NCBI GenBank assembly: GCA_012523135.1 | Contig: JAAYJD010000295.1 | Span: forward strand, 20,366 to 84,365 | Source: Clostridiaceae bacterium | GTDB lineage: Bacteria; Bacillota; Clostridia; Saccharofermentanales; UBA5734 | Length of the DNA stretch: 64,000 bases | Direction: 5' to 3' | In this document: positions 27,865-36,069 of the stretch, piece by piece | How positions within the stretch are numbered: the stretch's first letter is position 1 | How the letters are laid out: every line of letters starts with the position of its first letter | The notes under the pieces: model-generated | The model's database searches: none | What the model was told of the DNA's origin: nothing | What the model saw: the letters and a program-made list of their open reading frames with translations, nothing else | Program-made: the position numbers and the translations under genes

Positions 27865-28350
27865 ATGCCTTTTTCAAACGCGAACCGTATCCTGACCTTG
27901 ATCCTGATGGCCGGACTGCTGGCGCTTATCTTTGTCAGTTTCGTGGGCGGTGTCGTCCTGCGCGATATCTCGTTCGATGTCGCCCGTGCCAACCCGGAGC
28001 TGGGGCATCTGCGCGTTCCGGTTCTGGCGAGCGGCCTGAGCCTGATTGGCATCTTCATCGTCTGCCTTGTTCTCGGTGAAATCCTGCTGGGCCGGATCGT
28101 CCAGGGCCGCATTTTCACAGAGTCGAGCGTCCGCCTGCTCAAGGCGATCAGCTGGCTGTTCGTGTCGGGCATCCTGCCCCTCGCGGCGCTCTATGTCCTC
28201 ACCGAACGAAATGTCAGCGGATCGATCACCCAAATCTATGTCATCCTTTTCGCGGTGGTCTACGTGACAGCCGGACTGGTCTTTCGGCTCTGGGCCAACC
28301 TGATCCGCGACGCGTCACGGTTCAAGCAGGAGGTGGATCTGACCGTATGA
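27865..28350 (+). CDS. DUF2975-type membrane protein
   Basis: 161 aa from the ATG at 27865 (AAGGAGG SD). Four hydrophobic helices. Has the usual partner gene arrangement with a YozG-like HTH. Confidence 0.8.
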   Translation: MPFSNANRILTLILMAGLLALIFVSFVGGVVLRDISFDVARANPELGHLRVPVLASGLSLIGIFIVCLVLGEILLGRIVQGRIFTESSVRLLKAISWLFVSGILPLAALYVLTERNVSGSITQIYVILFAVVYVTAGLVFRLWANLIRDASRFKQEVDLTV

Positions 28351-28583
28351 CAACAGATGCAAAAACTGTCGTGGTCAACCTGGATGTGGTCATGGCCAAA
28401 CGGAAAATGTCCCTGACCGAACTGTCCGAGCGCGTCGGAATCACGCTGGCCAACCTGTCCAACCTGAAGACCGGCAAAGCGCGCGCCATCCGCTTTTCCA
28501 CCCTCGCCGCGCTCTGTGACGCGCTGGACTGCCAGCCCGGAGACCTGCTGGAATACCAGGACGGCGAACAGAAACAACCCTGA
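28347..28583 (+). CDS. XRE-family HTH transcriptional regulator (YozG-like)
   Basis: 78 aa. NLDVVMAKRKMSLTELSERVGITLANLSNLKTGKARAIRFSTL. The ATG overlaps the upstream stop (ATGA). Confidence 0.9.
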   Translation: MTTDAKTVVVNLDVVMAKRKMSLTELSERVGITLANLSNLKTGKARAIRFSTLAALCDALDCQPGDLLEYQDGEQKQP

Positions 28584-28599
28584 GGCAGACAATATCCGG

Positions 28600-29229
28600 T
28601 CAGGACTCATCGTGCTTGAGCAGACCGAGCACAAAACCGGCCAGGAAAGCCGCCTGAAGCTGGCGTATCGGTTCCGTGAAATGGACATGGTCGGCATAGA
28701 GGTCGGCGCCGAGCTGTTCCGTGAAGGCGCCCAGATCGGCAACCGGGATGCCGGCCAGTCGGGCCTGTTCGGCCGCGGCTGCGTTATAACGACGCAGATC
28801 CGCCTGGTGACGGATAAATCCCGGGTTGAACCGCTGGTGACGTTCGTCGTCAACCGGCGTGGAGCTGACCCAGACCGGATGCGTGGCCACACGCTTGGCA
28901 AGCAGCAAAATACGGGCCAGGTTGTCCGTGTACGCGACCAGCGGCACCTGGATGGCCCCTGTCAGGGGATCGGTCTTGATGTCGTGCAGGCCGCAGTTCA
29001 GGAGCAGAACGTCGTGATGCCAGCGCTCAGTTGCGCTCATGTCCTCGAGATAGTCCAGAACATGGCGGCTGTCGCCGCCATTGGCACCCAATGCCTGATT
29101 GAGGTCGTGCAGCGCGGCATCCAGCCCGCTTTTACGCCCGTAGTGAAAAACATCCGCTGTCATCCGGGCCAAATAGGGCCCATAGTGGATCGAGATGCTG
29201 TCTCCGAGAACAAACAAGGATCGTTTCAT
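28600..29229 (-). CDS. SGNH/GDSL hydrolase family protein
   Basis: 209 aa from the ATG at 29229 (GGGAGGA SD). Blocks I (FVLGDSIS), II (GANGGDS), III (NCGLHD) and V (DHVHF). Confidence 0.85.
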   Translation of the reverse strand: MKRSLFVLGDSISIHYGPYLARMTADVFHYGRKSGLDAALHDLNQALGANGGDSRHVLDYLEDMSATERWHHDVLLLNCGLHDIKTDPLTGAIQVPLVAYTDNLARILLLAKRVATHPVWVSSTPVDDERHQRFNPGFIRHQADLRRYNAAAAEQARLAGIPVADLGAFTEQLGADLYADHVHFTEPIRQLQAAFLAGFVLGLLKHDES

Positions 29230-29467
29230 GGCCATTCCTCCCAGGTGTATTCGTTGTAACCCGAAAAGGCGACAGGTGTCAAGCCATGGCAAAGTCATCA
29301 ATATGGACGTGACACTGACAGCCAATACCTGCTATCTTAAGCTGATCATATTCCGTCTGCAGGGACGGTTTTCAGCAGGATTCGCAAAATGGGTAAGCTA
29401 ATCAACAAACATTGATCAGACATCAATAACGAAGTGCTAGACCGGCAATGGCAATTTTCGATAAGTC

Positions 29468-29497
29468 TTGCCAAATCTATACCAATTATGGTATATT
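29468..29497 (+). promoter_or_regulatory. abiE promoter (extended -10), apparently leaderless
   Basis: TTGCCA, 18-nt spacer containing TGg, then TATATT. The -10 ends 6 nt before the abiEi ATG (29504) and there is no SD in between. The -35 is the right arm of TGGCAA-N13-TTGCCA. Confidence 0.55.
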
Positions 29498-29503
29498 TTT
29501 GAC

Positions 29504-30055
29504 ATGAGTTATTACGATAAAATCTACGAAATTGCAGCAGATCAATATGGTCTCGTCACAACTGATGAAGCCCGTGATTTTGGCATACCCACAATCGAGC
29601 TTGTAAAACTAGCTCACCGCGGCAAACTGAAGCATCTCGGAAATGGGTTATATCGCTTGTCCAGATATCTATCGACGTCGTTCGATGCTTATGCCGAAGC
29701 AGTTAAAAGGGTAGGAACCGGAGCCTGTCTTTTCGGCGAGTCGGTTTTAGCATTTCACAATTTAGTTCCGACTAACCCTTCATTCATATATGTTGCTTCC
29801 CCAATGAGAATTCGTAAAAAATTACCTGGACATATTCGCGTCATCAAGAGACACATTGCCGACGATAAGGTCTATTACGAAGGAATCCCTTCGCAAACCG
29901 TCGGATGCGCAATCCGATCTTGTATGAGTTCGATCATGAAAGAGCGATTAATCGACGCAATACACGAGGCGAGACGAATAGGAATCATAACGAACAGCGA
30001 AGCGACAAAATTGACGCAGGAGTTGGTAAATGACAGAAAAACGACCGAACAGTAA
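29504..30055 (+). CDS. abiEi: type IV toxin-antitoxin / abortive infection antitoxin AbiEi
   Basis: 183 aa. The N-terminal wHTH IAADQYGLVTTDEARDFGIPTIELVKLAHRGKLKHLGNGLYRL is typical of AbiEi_4. The track start at 29468 is a TTG inside the promoter. Confidence 0.85.
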   Translation: MSYYDKIYEIAADQYGLVTTDEARDFGIPTIELVKLAHRGKLKHLGNGLYRLSRYLSTSFDAYAEAVKRVGTGACLFGESVLAFHNLVPTNPSFIYVASPMRIRKKLPGHIRVIKRHIADDKVYYEGIPSQTVGCAIRSCMSSIMKERLIDAIHEARRIGIITNSEATKLTQELVNDRKTTEQ

Positions 30056-30869
30056 GCGGCATCTAGATTTAGCTATCGAACGTGCTTTCGGGCGTTCATC
30101 CAATCCATTGCAGATCAGAGGAATAATGGCCAATACAATTATTGGCCAGCTGTTGCCTTCGGGTGCTGTGAAAGGCGGAAGTGCCCTGAAATTGCGATAT
30201 GGTTATGCCATGACTCGTTTTACAACTGACCTGGACACTGCACGCAACGCAAATTTATCCGAGTATACAGCTGATTTAGAGGCAGCTCTAAAAAAGGGAT
30301 GGAATGGCTTCACGGGGCGGCTTGTCACGAAAAAGCCAGCCAGTCCTAAAAACATACCTGCTGAATATGTCATGAAGCCCTATGAAGTCAAGCTGGAATA
30401 TAACGGGAAATCATGGATAACCGTACCTCTTGAAATAGGACACGATGAAATTGGTGATACTGCTCAACCAGATTTTTTGATTACAGATGATGTTGTTAGC
30501 ATCTTTTCCAAATTAAGTTTTCCTGATCCCATGCCGGTTCCACTGCTGCCTATCCATCATCAGATCGCTCAAAAGCTGCATGCACTGAGTTCGACAAAAA
30601 GTGAAAGGGCGCATGATTTAATCGATTTACAATTGATAATCAAGCGAGAGACGATCACTTATCCCTTATTGAATGCGACGTGTTATAGATTATTCAAGTC
30701 CAGGCATCAGCAAGAATGGCCACCTGTTATTACAAAAGGTGCCAGTTGGGATAACTTATACACATCACAAACAGGTGATCTGCCCGTGATCAAAAATGTC
30801 ACTGATGCTCTGGTCTGGGTCAATAGCCTCATATCAGAGATCTGTCGATCTAGTGATTGCGTGCTTTAA
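30030..30869 (+). CDS. abiEii: nucleotidyltransferase toxin AbiEii/AbiGii
   Basis: 279 aa. NTase motif GGSALKLRYG..RFTTDLDTA. GGAG SD 7 nt upstream. Overlaps abiEi by 26 nt. Confidence 0.85.
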   Translation: MTEKRPNSKRHLDLAIERAFGRSSNPLQIRGIMANTIIGQLLPSGAVKGGSALKLRYGYAMTRFTTDLDTARNANLSEYTADLEAALKKGWNGFTGRLVTKKPASPKNIPAEYVMKPYEVKLEYNGKSWITVPLEIGHDEIGDTAQPDFLITDDVVSIFSKLSFPDPMPVPLLPIHHQIAQKLHALSSTKSERAHDLIDLQLIIKRETITYPLLNATCYRLFKSRHQQEWPPVITKGASWDNLYTSQTGDLPVIKNVTDALVWVNSLISEICRSSDCVL

Positions 30870-30910
30870 TATTCTGATTCAGATAACGGATCTTTTTGAA
30901 TTTCCAGGTA

Positions 30911-30965
30911 AGAAAATGGACAGGTTCTGCGTAGAATGTATCACCATTCGACCGGAACTCTGTCC
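30911..30965 (-). terminator. candidate terminator of tRNA-Ala
   Basis: On the - strand: GGACAGAGTTC..GAACCTGTCC (10-bp stem with one bulge and a large 27-nt loop), followed by ATTTTCTT. Confidence 0.4.
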
Positions 30966-30972
30966 ACTTATC

Positions 30973-31048
30973 TGGTGGAGCATAGGGGACTTGAACCCCT
31001 GACCCCCACACTGCCAGTGTGATGCGCTCCCAACTGCGCTAATGCCCC
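30973..31048 (-). tRNA. tRNA-Ala (anticodon GGC), CCA encoded
   Basis: Hand-folded cloverleaf: acceptor GGGGCAT/ATGCTCC with the G3:U70 alanine identity pair; D arm GCGC-AGTTGGGA-GCGC; anticodon arm TCACA-CTGGCAG-TGTGG; T arm AGGGG-TTCAAGT-CCCCT; 3' ACCA. Confidence 0.93.
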
Positions 31049-31084
31049 ATGTTGCGCTGCCAGATGTGTCCTGCAGCGTGTGTG

Positions 31085-31113
31085 ATTATAGTATAGGCCA
31101 ACTGGCCTGTCAA
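31085..31113 (-). promoter_or_regulatory. consensus sigma70 promoter of tRNA-Ala
   Basis: On the - strand: TTGACA, 17-nt spacer, TATAAT (both hexamers perfect). The -10 ends 36 nt upstream of the mature tRNA 5' end. Confidence 0.7.
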
Positions 31114-31123
31114 GTCTTTTTCG

Positions 31124-31146
31124 ACCGGCCGGCAGGCCGGTTTTTC
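31124..31146 (+). terminator. hairpin with T-tract between nagA and the tRNA promoter
   Basis: ACCGGCC-GGCA-GGCCGGT, then TTTTT on the + strand. On the - strand (the nagA sense) only A-tracts follow, so it is formally a + strand terminator. Confidence 0.45.
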
Positions 31147-31190
31147 GGGATTAACCGCATGTCATATGGCGTTGCCGGTCGCTTGTTCTC

Positions 31191-32369
31191 TTAACGCTGG
31201 TAGACGATCCGGCCGCCGATCATGGTCAGCTGGACATCGATATTCCCGTCGAACAGCACGAGATCGGCGTCCAGACCCGGTATAATACGGCCTTTCGTCG
31301 GCAGCTTCGCGATCGCTGCCGGCGTGGTCGATGCCATGCGCACGGCATCGAGCAAGGGCACGCCCGCCTGCTGCACCATGGTCCGGACCGTGCGGTTCAT
31401 GGTGGCGACGCTGCCGGCAAATGCGGTGCGGTCCGGCAGCCAGGCGACACCGCCCTCGATCAGGACCGTCTGGCCGTTTTTCTTGCTGCCGAGCAGGCAG
31501 GTTGTGAGGTCGGTGCCCGCGCCCCGCATCGCGTCGGTGACCAGCGCGGTCCGGGTTGGCCCGATGCCCTTGTAGACTTGCTTCAGCAAGGCCGGCGGAA
31601 TATGCATCCCGTCAGCGATCACCTCGACCGTCAGGTCGTCCGAAATGTAACCGCTCTCGACAACACCCGGACGGCGGATGCCGTTGATCCGGCGCAGGCC
31701 GGACATGCCGGAGTAAAAATGGGTCAGGTGTGTAAAGCCGATCGCCGCGGCCGCCTCAATATCTTCGTAAAACGCGTCCGTATGGGCGACAGACGGCAGG
31801 ATGCCCCGCTCGGTCAGAGCCCTGGCAAATTCTGCCGTACCCGGCAGTTCCGGAGCCGAGCTCCAGCGCCGGATCCATTGCCCCCAGCGTTCCAGGATCG
31901 GGCCGTAATGGGCCGGGTCCGGGTTGCGGATGAAGCGCGGGTCCTGGGCACCCCGCTGCTCCATGGAGAAATACGGTCCTTCCAAATGGATGCCGGCCAT
32001 GGTTGCGCCGTCTGTGTTGTGCTTGTTCGCCTCCAGAAAAATGGTGAACATATCGGTCAGCTCATCGTCTGTGCAAGCCAGGGTCGTCGGCATCAGCGTC
32101 GTGGTGCCGAAGCGCGCATGGGCTTGGGTGACGCCGAGAAAAGCTTCGACCGTGCCATCCATGAAGTCATGACCGCCGCCGCCATGCAGATGCAGGTCGA
32201 TGAACCCCGGAGCCAGATACAAACCGCTGCCGTCGATGACACGTGCACCAGGCTCTTCGAGTGCTTGGCCGACCGCGGCGATCCGGCTGTCGTTGACCAG
32301 CACATCCAGCGGCTGAATCAGGCTTGTGGCCGTAATCACGCGTGCCTGGCGAAAAAGAAAAGCTGACAT
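31191..32369 (-). CDS. nagA: N-acetylglucosamine-6-phosphate deacetylase
   Basis: 392 aa. Metal-binding HLHGGGGHDFMD. The amidohydrolase fold is conserved throughout. GAGGAGG SD. Confidence 0.93.
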   Translation of the reverse strand: MSAFLFRQARVITATSLIQPLDVLVNDSRIAAVGQALEEPGARVIDGSGLYLAPGFIDLHLHGGGGHDFMDGTVEAFLGVTQAHARFGTTTLMPTTLACTDDELTDMFTIFLEANKHNTDGATMAGIHLEGPYFSMEQRGAQDPRFIRNPDPAHYGPILERWGQWIRRWSSAPELPGTAEFARALTERGILPSVAHTDAFYEDIEAAAAIGFTHLTHFYSGMSGLRRINGIRRPGVVESGYISDDLTVEVIADGMHIPPALLKQVYKGIGPTRTALVTDAMRGAGTDLTTCLLGSKKNGQTVLIEGGVAWLPDRTAFAGSVATMNRTVRTMVQQAGVPLLDAVRMASTTPAAIAKLPTKGRIIPGLDADLVLFDGNIDVQLTMIGGRIVYQR

Positions 32370-32470
32370 GGGCTGCCTCCTCTAGCGGTTTTCTGTTCCT
32401 CACCAGTATAGTCCCGTGCTTATACCCTGGCAAGCAGATGACAAATCGCGCCGGCTGTGCTATCCTTTAT

Positions 32471-32488
32471 TATAAATTATAATTTATA
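32471..32488. promoter_or_regulatory. perfect 18-bp AT palindrome with face-to-face TATAAT boxes (nagA / gntR divergent region)
   Basis: TATAAATTATAATTTATA. It reads TATAAT on both strands (32478-32483 on +, 32481-32476 on -). Confidence 0.4.
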
Positions 32489-32511
32489 TTATTTATGATT
32501 GGGGTCGAACC

Positions 32512-33150
32512 ATGAAGCACCCAAGTCTCAAGGAAATCGCCTACCAGGCGATTCGGGAAAAAATACTGGCCGGGTCGTTCCCGCCCGGAGACCGGATACG
32601 CGAAGACCAGCTGGCCGCCGAGATCTCAATGAGCCGGACCCCTGTCCGCGAGGCAATCAACCAGCTGGCTGCCGAAGGGCTGGTCAACAACATCCCCCGG
32701 CGCGGCATCTACCTGCGCGCCATCAGCCCGGAACAGCTCGCCGAACTGCTCGACGTCCGCAAAGCCCTTGAAACGCTCTCGGTCCGGCGCTGCGCCGAAC
32801 GGGCCGACCACGAAACGGTCAGGCAGCTGGAAGCGATCCAGGAAGACTTCGCCCGGGCGCTAGCTGAGCATGACTACAGCGCCTGCAACCAACTGGACAG
32901 CTGCTTTCACCGCGAAATCGCCCGGCTCTCCGGCAATGGCGCGCTGGCGCGTTTTTTAGCCTACATCGAGGACACGATGCTGATTGCCCGCCAAATTGAA
33001 AAGCGTACCGATTCGGAGCGCAAAAACCAGATCACCCTCGAAGAGCATGCCCGGATTCTGGCCTGCGTCGCGGCCCGCGACGCGGACGGTGCCGTCCGGG
33101 CCGTAATTGCCAACCTCAACCGCATGCAGCTGAATCTCAAACCCCAATAA
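32512..33150 (+). CDS. GntR family (FadR/FCD subfamily) transcriptional regulator
   Basis: 212 aa. wHTH ISMSRTPVREAINQLAAEGLV and a helical FCD-like C-terminal domain. Confidence 0.9.
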   Translation: MKHPSLKEIAYQAIREKILAGSFPPGDRIREDQLAAEISMSRTPVREAINQLAAEGLVNNIPRRGIYLRAISPEQLAELLDVRKALETLSVRRCAERADHETVRQLEAIQEDFARALAEHDYSACNQLDSCFHREIARLSGNGALARFLAYIEDTMLIARQIEKRTDSERKNQITLEEHARILACVAARDADGAVRAVIANLNRMQLNLKPQ

Positions 33151-33167
33151 GGAAAGGAAGATGCCAG

Positions 33168-34079
33168 ATGAAAGAACCCATGAGCCGTTACATGAATGTC
33201 GGACTGATTCACTTTATGGCCTATCCGGAAACGATGAAAGGCGAGGGCCCCATCCTGGAGACCGTGCGCAAGATTGCCCTGGACGACTATTTCCAGGTGA
33301 TTGAGCTAACCTGGATCAAGGACGACGCAACCCGCAAAGCCGTGCGCAAGATGGTGGACACCGCCCACATGCGCGTCGCCTTCGGCGGCCAGCCGATGTT
33401 GCTTTCGACCGGCCTCAACATCAACGACCTCGACGAGGCCAAGCGCCAGGCGGCTGTCGCCCTGCTCAAGCAGGGCATCGACCAGGCCACTGAACTGGGC
33501 GCCTTCGGATTTGCTTTCCTGAGCGGCAAATACGCTGAAGCGACCCAGGAGGAATCCCTGCAGGCCCTGGTTCGCTCGACCCGCGAATTATGTGACTACG
33601 CCAGGGAAAAAGGCGACATGAAGGTTGTGCACGAGGTCTTCGACTACGACGTCGACAAGAAGAGCCTGATCGGGCCGGCTTCCCTGGCCCGGCGTTACGC
33701 GGAGCTGGTCTGCCAGACGCACGACAATTTCGGCCTGATGGCCGACTTGAGCCATCTGCCCCTGCTGCGCGAAACCGCCGAACAGGCGATCGTGCCGATC
33801 AAGGAATACCTGGTGCACGCCCACATGGGCAACTGTGTGGTGCGCGACCCGTCCTTGCCGGCTTACGGCGATGCCCATCCCCGCTTCGGCTTCCCGGACA
33901 GCGAGAACGATGTCGACCAGCTGACCGATTACTTGCGCATTCTGTTTAAAGTCGGCTACCTGAATCCGGAAAACCCGCCGGTGGTCAGTTTTGAAGTCAA
34001 GCCTTTCGGCGACGAAGACCCCGACCTGGTGATCGCCAACGCCAAGCGCGTGCTCAACCTGGCCTGGGCCAGGCTGTAA
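33168..34079 (+). CDS. sugar phosphate isomerase/epimerase (xylose-isomerase-like TIM barrel)
   Basis: 303 aa with AP-endonuclease-2 / TIM-barrel family character. GGAAAGGAAG SD 7 nt upstream. Confidence 0.8.
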   Translation: MKEPMSRYMNVGLIHFMAYPETMKGEGPILETVRKIALDDYFQVIELTWIKDDATRKAVRKMVDTAHMRVAFGGQPMLLSTGLNINDLDEAKRQAAVALLKQGIDQATELGAFGFAFLSGKYAEATQEESLQALVRSTRELCDYAREKGDMKVVHEVFDYDVDKKSLIGPASLARRYAELVCQTHDNFGLMADLSHLPLLRETAEQAIVPIKEYLVHAHMGNCVVRDPSLPAYGDAHPRFGFPDSENDVDQLTDYLRILFKVGYLNPENPPVVSFEVKPFGDEDPDLVIANAKRVLNLAWARL

Positions 34080-34107
34080 AGCAAACAGGAACAGATTGGA
34101 GAGCCCT

Positions 34108-35067
34108 ATGAAAATTGTTGTTTTAGACGGTTATACCTTGAATCCTGGCGATCTGAGCTGGGACGGCCTGAACGCCTTTGGCGATGTGTCGATCTACGAT
34201 TATACCTCCGCTGACCAGATCGTGGCCCGCGCCCGGGGCGCCGAGATCCTGTTCACCAACAAGACGCCCCTGCAGGCTGCCACGCTTGCACAGCTGGACG
34301 GGCTTACCTACATCGGCGTACTGGCCACCGGCTATAATGTCGTCGACGTCAAGGCGGCAGCCGAACACGGCGTCACCGTGACCAACATCCCCACCTACGG
34401 CACAAACTCCGTCGCCCAGATGGTCTTCGCCCTGCTCCTGGAGCTCTGCCACCATGTCCATCTGCACAGCGACGCCGTGCTGGCCGGCGAATGGAGCACC
34501 AACCGTGATTTCTGTTTCTGGAAGACGCCGCTGATCGAACTGCAGGGCAAAACGATCGGGATCGTCGGCTTCGGCCGCATCGGCCGCCAGGTGGCTAAGA
34601 TCGCCGATGCGTTCGGCATGCGCGTCCTGGCCCAGGACAAGTTCCAGGGTCCGGCGCCGGATCTGGCTGACTTCCGCTGGGCCGAACTGGACGAACTGCT
34701 GGCCCAGTCCGATGTGGTCAGCCTGCATTGCCCGCTCTTCCCGGATACGGCCGGCCTGATCAGCAAAGAGTCGCTGGCCCGGATGAAAAGCAGCGCGTTT
34801 TTAATCAACACCTCGCGCGGCGGCCTGATCGTCGACCAGGACCTTGCCGACGCCCTGGACCAGAACCGGATCGCCGGAGCGGCCCTGGATGTACTGTCCG
34901 TCGAACCTCCGCCGGCGGACAATCCGCTGCTCAAGGCCAGGAACATCCTGGTCACGCCCCACATATCCTGGGCGACGGCCGAGGCGCGCGCGCGCCTGAT
35001 GGGGATTGCGGTCGACAACCTCAACGCTTACCTTGCGGGCAAGCCGATCAACGTGATCAGGATCTGA
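34108..35067 (+). CDS. D-2-hydroxyacid dehydrogenase (glycerate/hydroxypyruvate reductase-like)
   Basis: 319 aa from the ATG at 34108. NAD motif GIVGFGRIGRQVAKIA. Catalytic region NTSRGGLI..TPHISWAT. Confidence 0.9.
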   Translation: MKIVVLDGYTLNPGDLSWDGLNAFGDVSIYDYTSADQIVARARGAEILFTNKTPLQAATLAQLDGLTYIGVLATGYNVVDVKAAAEHGVTVTNIPTYGTNSVAQMVFALLLELCHHVHLHSDAVLAGEWSTNRDFCFWKTPLIELQGKTIGIVGFGRIGRQVAKIADAFGMRVLAQDKFQGPAPDLADFRWAELDELLAQSDVVSLHCPLFPDTAGLISKESLARMKSSAFLINTSRGGLIVDQDLADALDQNRIAGAALDVLSVEPPPADNPLLKARNILVTPHISWATAEARARLMGIAVDNLNAYLAGKPINVIRI

Positions 35068-35932
35068 CAACGGCCGGTGTGTTCCCGCCCGGAACCTGCT
35101 GGTCGGGGAAACGGCTCGGCGGCACCCCGAAGCGTGACCGGAACAGCCGGCTGAAATAGAGCTGGTCGGCATAGCCGACCGTCTGGGCGATCTGCTTGAC
35201 AGACAGGTCCGTCCGCTGGAGCAGCTCCATGGCCATGTCCAGGCGCATCCGGATGATGTACGCCTGCGGCGAAAGGCCCATGCAGGCACGAAACAGCGCC
35301 GCGTAGCGGCTGACGCTGAGATGCTCGAGATCGGCCAGCTCGCGCACCGAAATCGGCCGGCTATACTGCTGGTGAATCAAGGCCAGGGATCGGCTGATCC
35401 GTTCAGGCGACAGTTCATGTTTCGTGAGCTGTCGCCTGTTTATGCTGCGCCTCAGCTTGACGACGATCTGGCCCGCCAGGGCTGCCGCGGCCGGTTCCAG
35501 GTACGCGTCGCGATACAGGAAATTGTCAAACAGGTGATGAAAATCGTCCAGCACCGCCTGGCTGACGCCGGCATCGTAGACACGGCCGGTTGCCAGGCTG
35601 CAGGCCTCCAGCAGCGCCGGAACACCTTTGCCGCTGACATGCAGCCAGTAGTAGGCCATGTCCTGGCTGTCGCTTTTGATATACTTGGTTTCGGCGCCAG
35701 GTGCGAACAGGATCAGCTGGCCCGGGCGGATCACCTGCTGGAGCAGCGGCAGTTCCAGTTCGCCCTCGATCATGTACATCAGGTAATAATCCTGCCGGCC
35801 GCAGGGCCGCCAAGTCGTAAACGGATAGTCGATCGCGATGACACCCGTGCAATTGACGACCAGTTCACGGTCGGTGATGCGAATATCGCAGTCGTGCGCG
35901 TCCTGCAGCCGGTAAAAGGACTGGCTGTTCAT
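35057..35932 (-). CDS. AraC family transcriptional regulator
   Basis: 291 aa. Cupin-like N-terminal domain and C-terminal double HTH (VKQIAQTVGYADQLYFSRLFRSRFGVPPSRF). Its 3' end overlaps the convergent dehydrogenase gene by 11 nt. Confidence 0.9.
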   Translation of the reverse strand: MNSQSFYRLQDAHDCDIRITDRELVVNCTGVIAIDYPFTTWRPCGRQDYYLMYMIEGELELPLLQQVIRPGQLILFAPGAETKYIKSDSQDMAYYWLHVSGKGVPALLEACSLATGRVYDAGVSQAVLDDFHHLFDNFLYRDAYLEPAAAALAGQIVVKLRRSINRRQLTKHELSPERISRSLALIHQQYSRPISVRELADLEHLSVSRYAALFRACMGLSPQAYIIRMRLDMAMELLQRTDLSVKQIAQTVGYADQLYFSRLFRSRFGVPPSRFPDQQVPGGNTPAVVRS

Positions 35933-36023
35933 GAAGCACCTCTCATTGAAGCGATCGGTCCATATGCTTAACCTGATCCTGCATAGCTATTAAACGAACA
36001 CAGTTTATCATGAAAAGAGGGAT

Positions 36024-36037
36024 AAGAACATGTTCTT
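36024..36037. promoter_or_regulatory. perfect 14-bp palindrome AAGAACATGTTCTT in the araC / TIM-barrel intergenic region
   Basis: Lies between a TATCAT -10-like box (36006-36011) and the GGGAGG SD. 7-bp arms are expected a few times by chance in 64 kb. Confidence 0.3.
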
Positions 36038-36069
36038 TCCCAGAAAGCGTACATTCGGGAGGTATCGCC

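Larger units (their letters stand above)
29330..30910. other. low-GC islet carrying only the abiE module (probable horizontally acquired insert)
   Basis: Visible drop in G+C (about 40% by eye versus above 60% in the flanks), starting near 29330 and ending just before the tRNA-Ala terminator. No integrase and no direct repeat of the tRNA 3' end were found. Confidence 0.6.

Noticed and set aside
29195-29401. 68-aa + strand ORF at the left edge of the islet, and the 68-aa ORF at 30796-31002 overlapping the tRNA
   Set aside because: No SD and an odd composition. One overlaps the SGNH gene start and the other runs antisense through tRNA-Ala.
30874-30887. CTGATTCAGATAAC, which shares the 10-mer TGATTCAGAT with the FNR box at 49870
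   Set aside because: The right half-site is poor (ATAAC). Shared 10-mers are expected by the thousand in a 64-kb window. There is no promoter geometry.
29230-31048. Search for att-type direct repeats of the tRNA-Ala 3' end at the left islet border, and for integrase or transposase remnants
   Set aside because: I found no match longer than a few nucleotides by eye and no recombinase-like ORF. The islet is therefore not called a mobile element.
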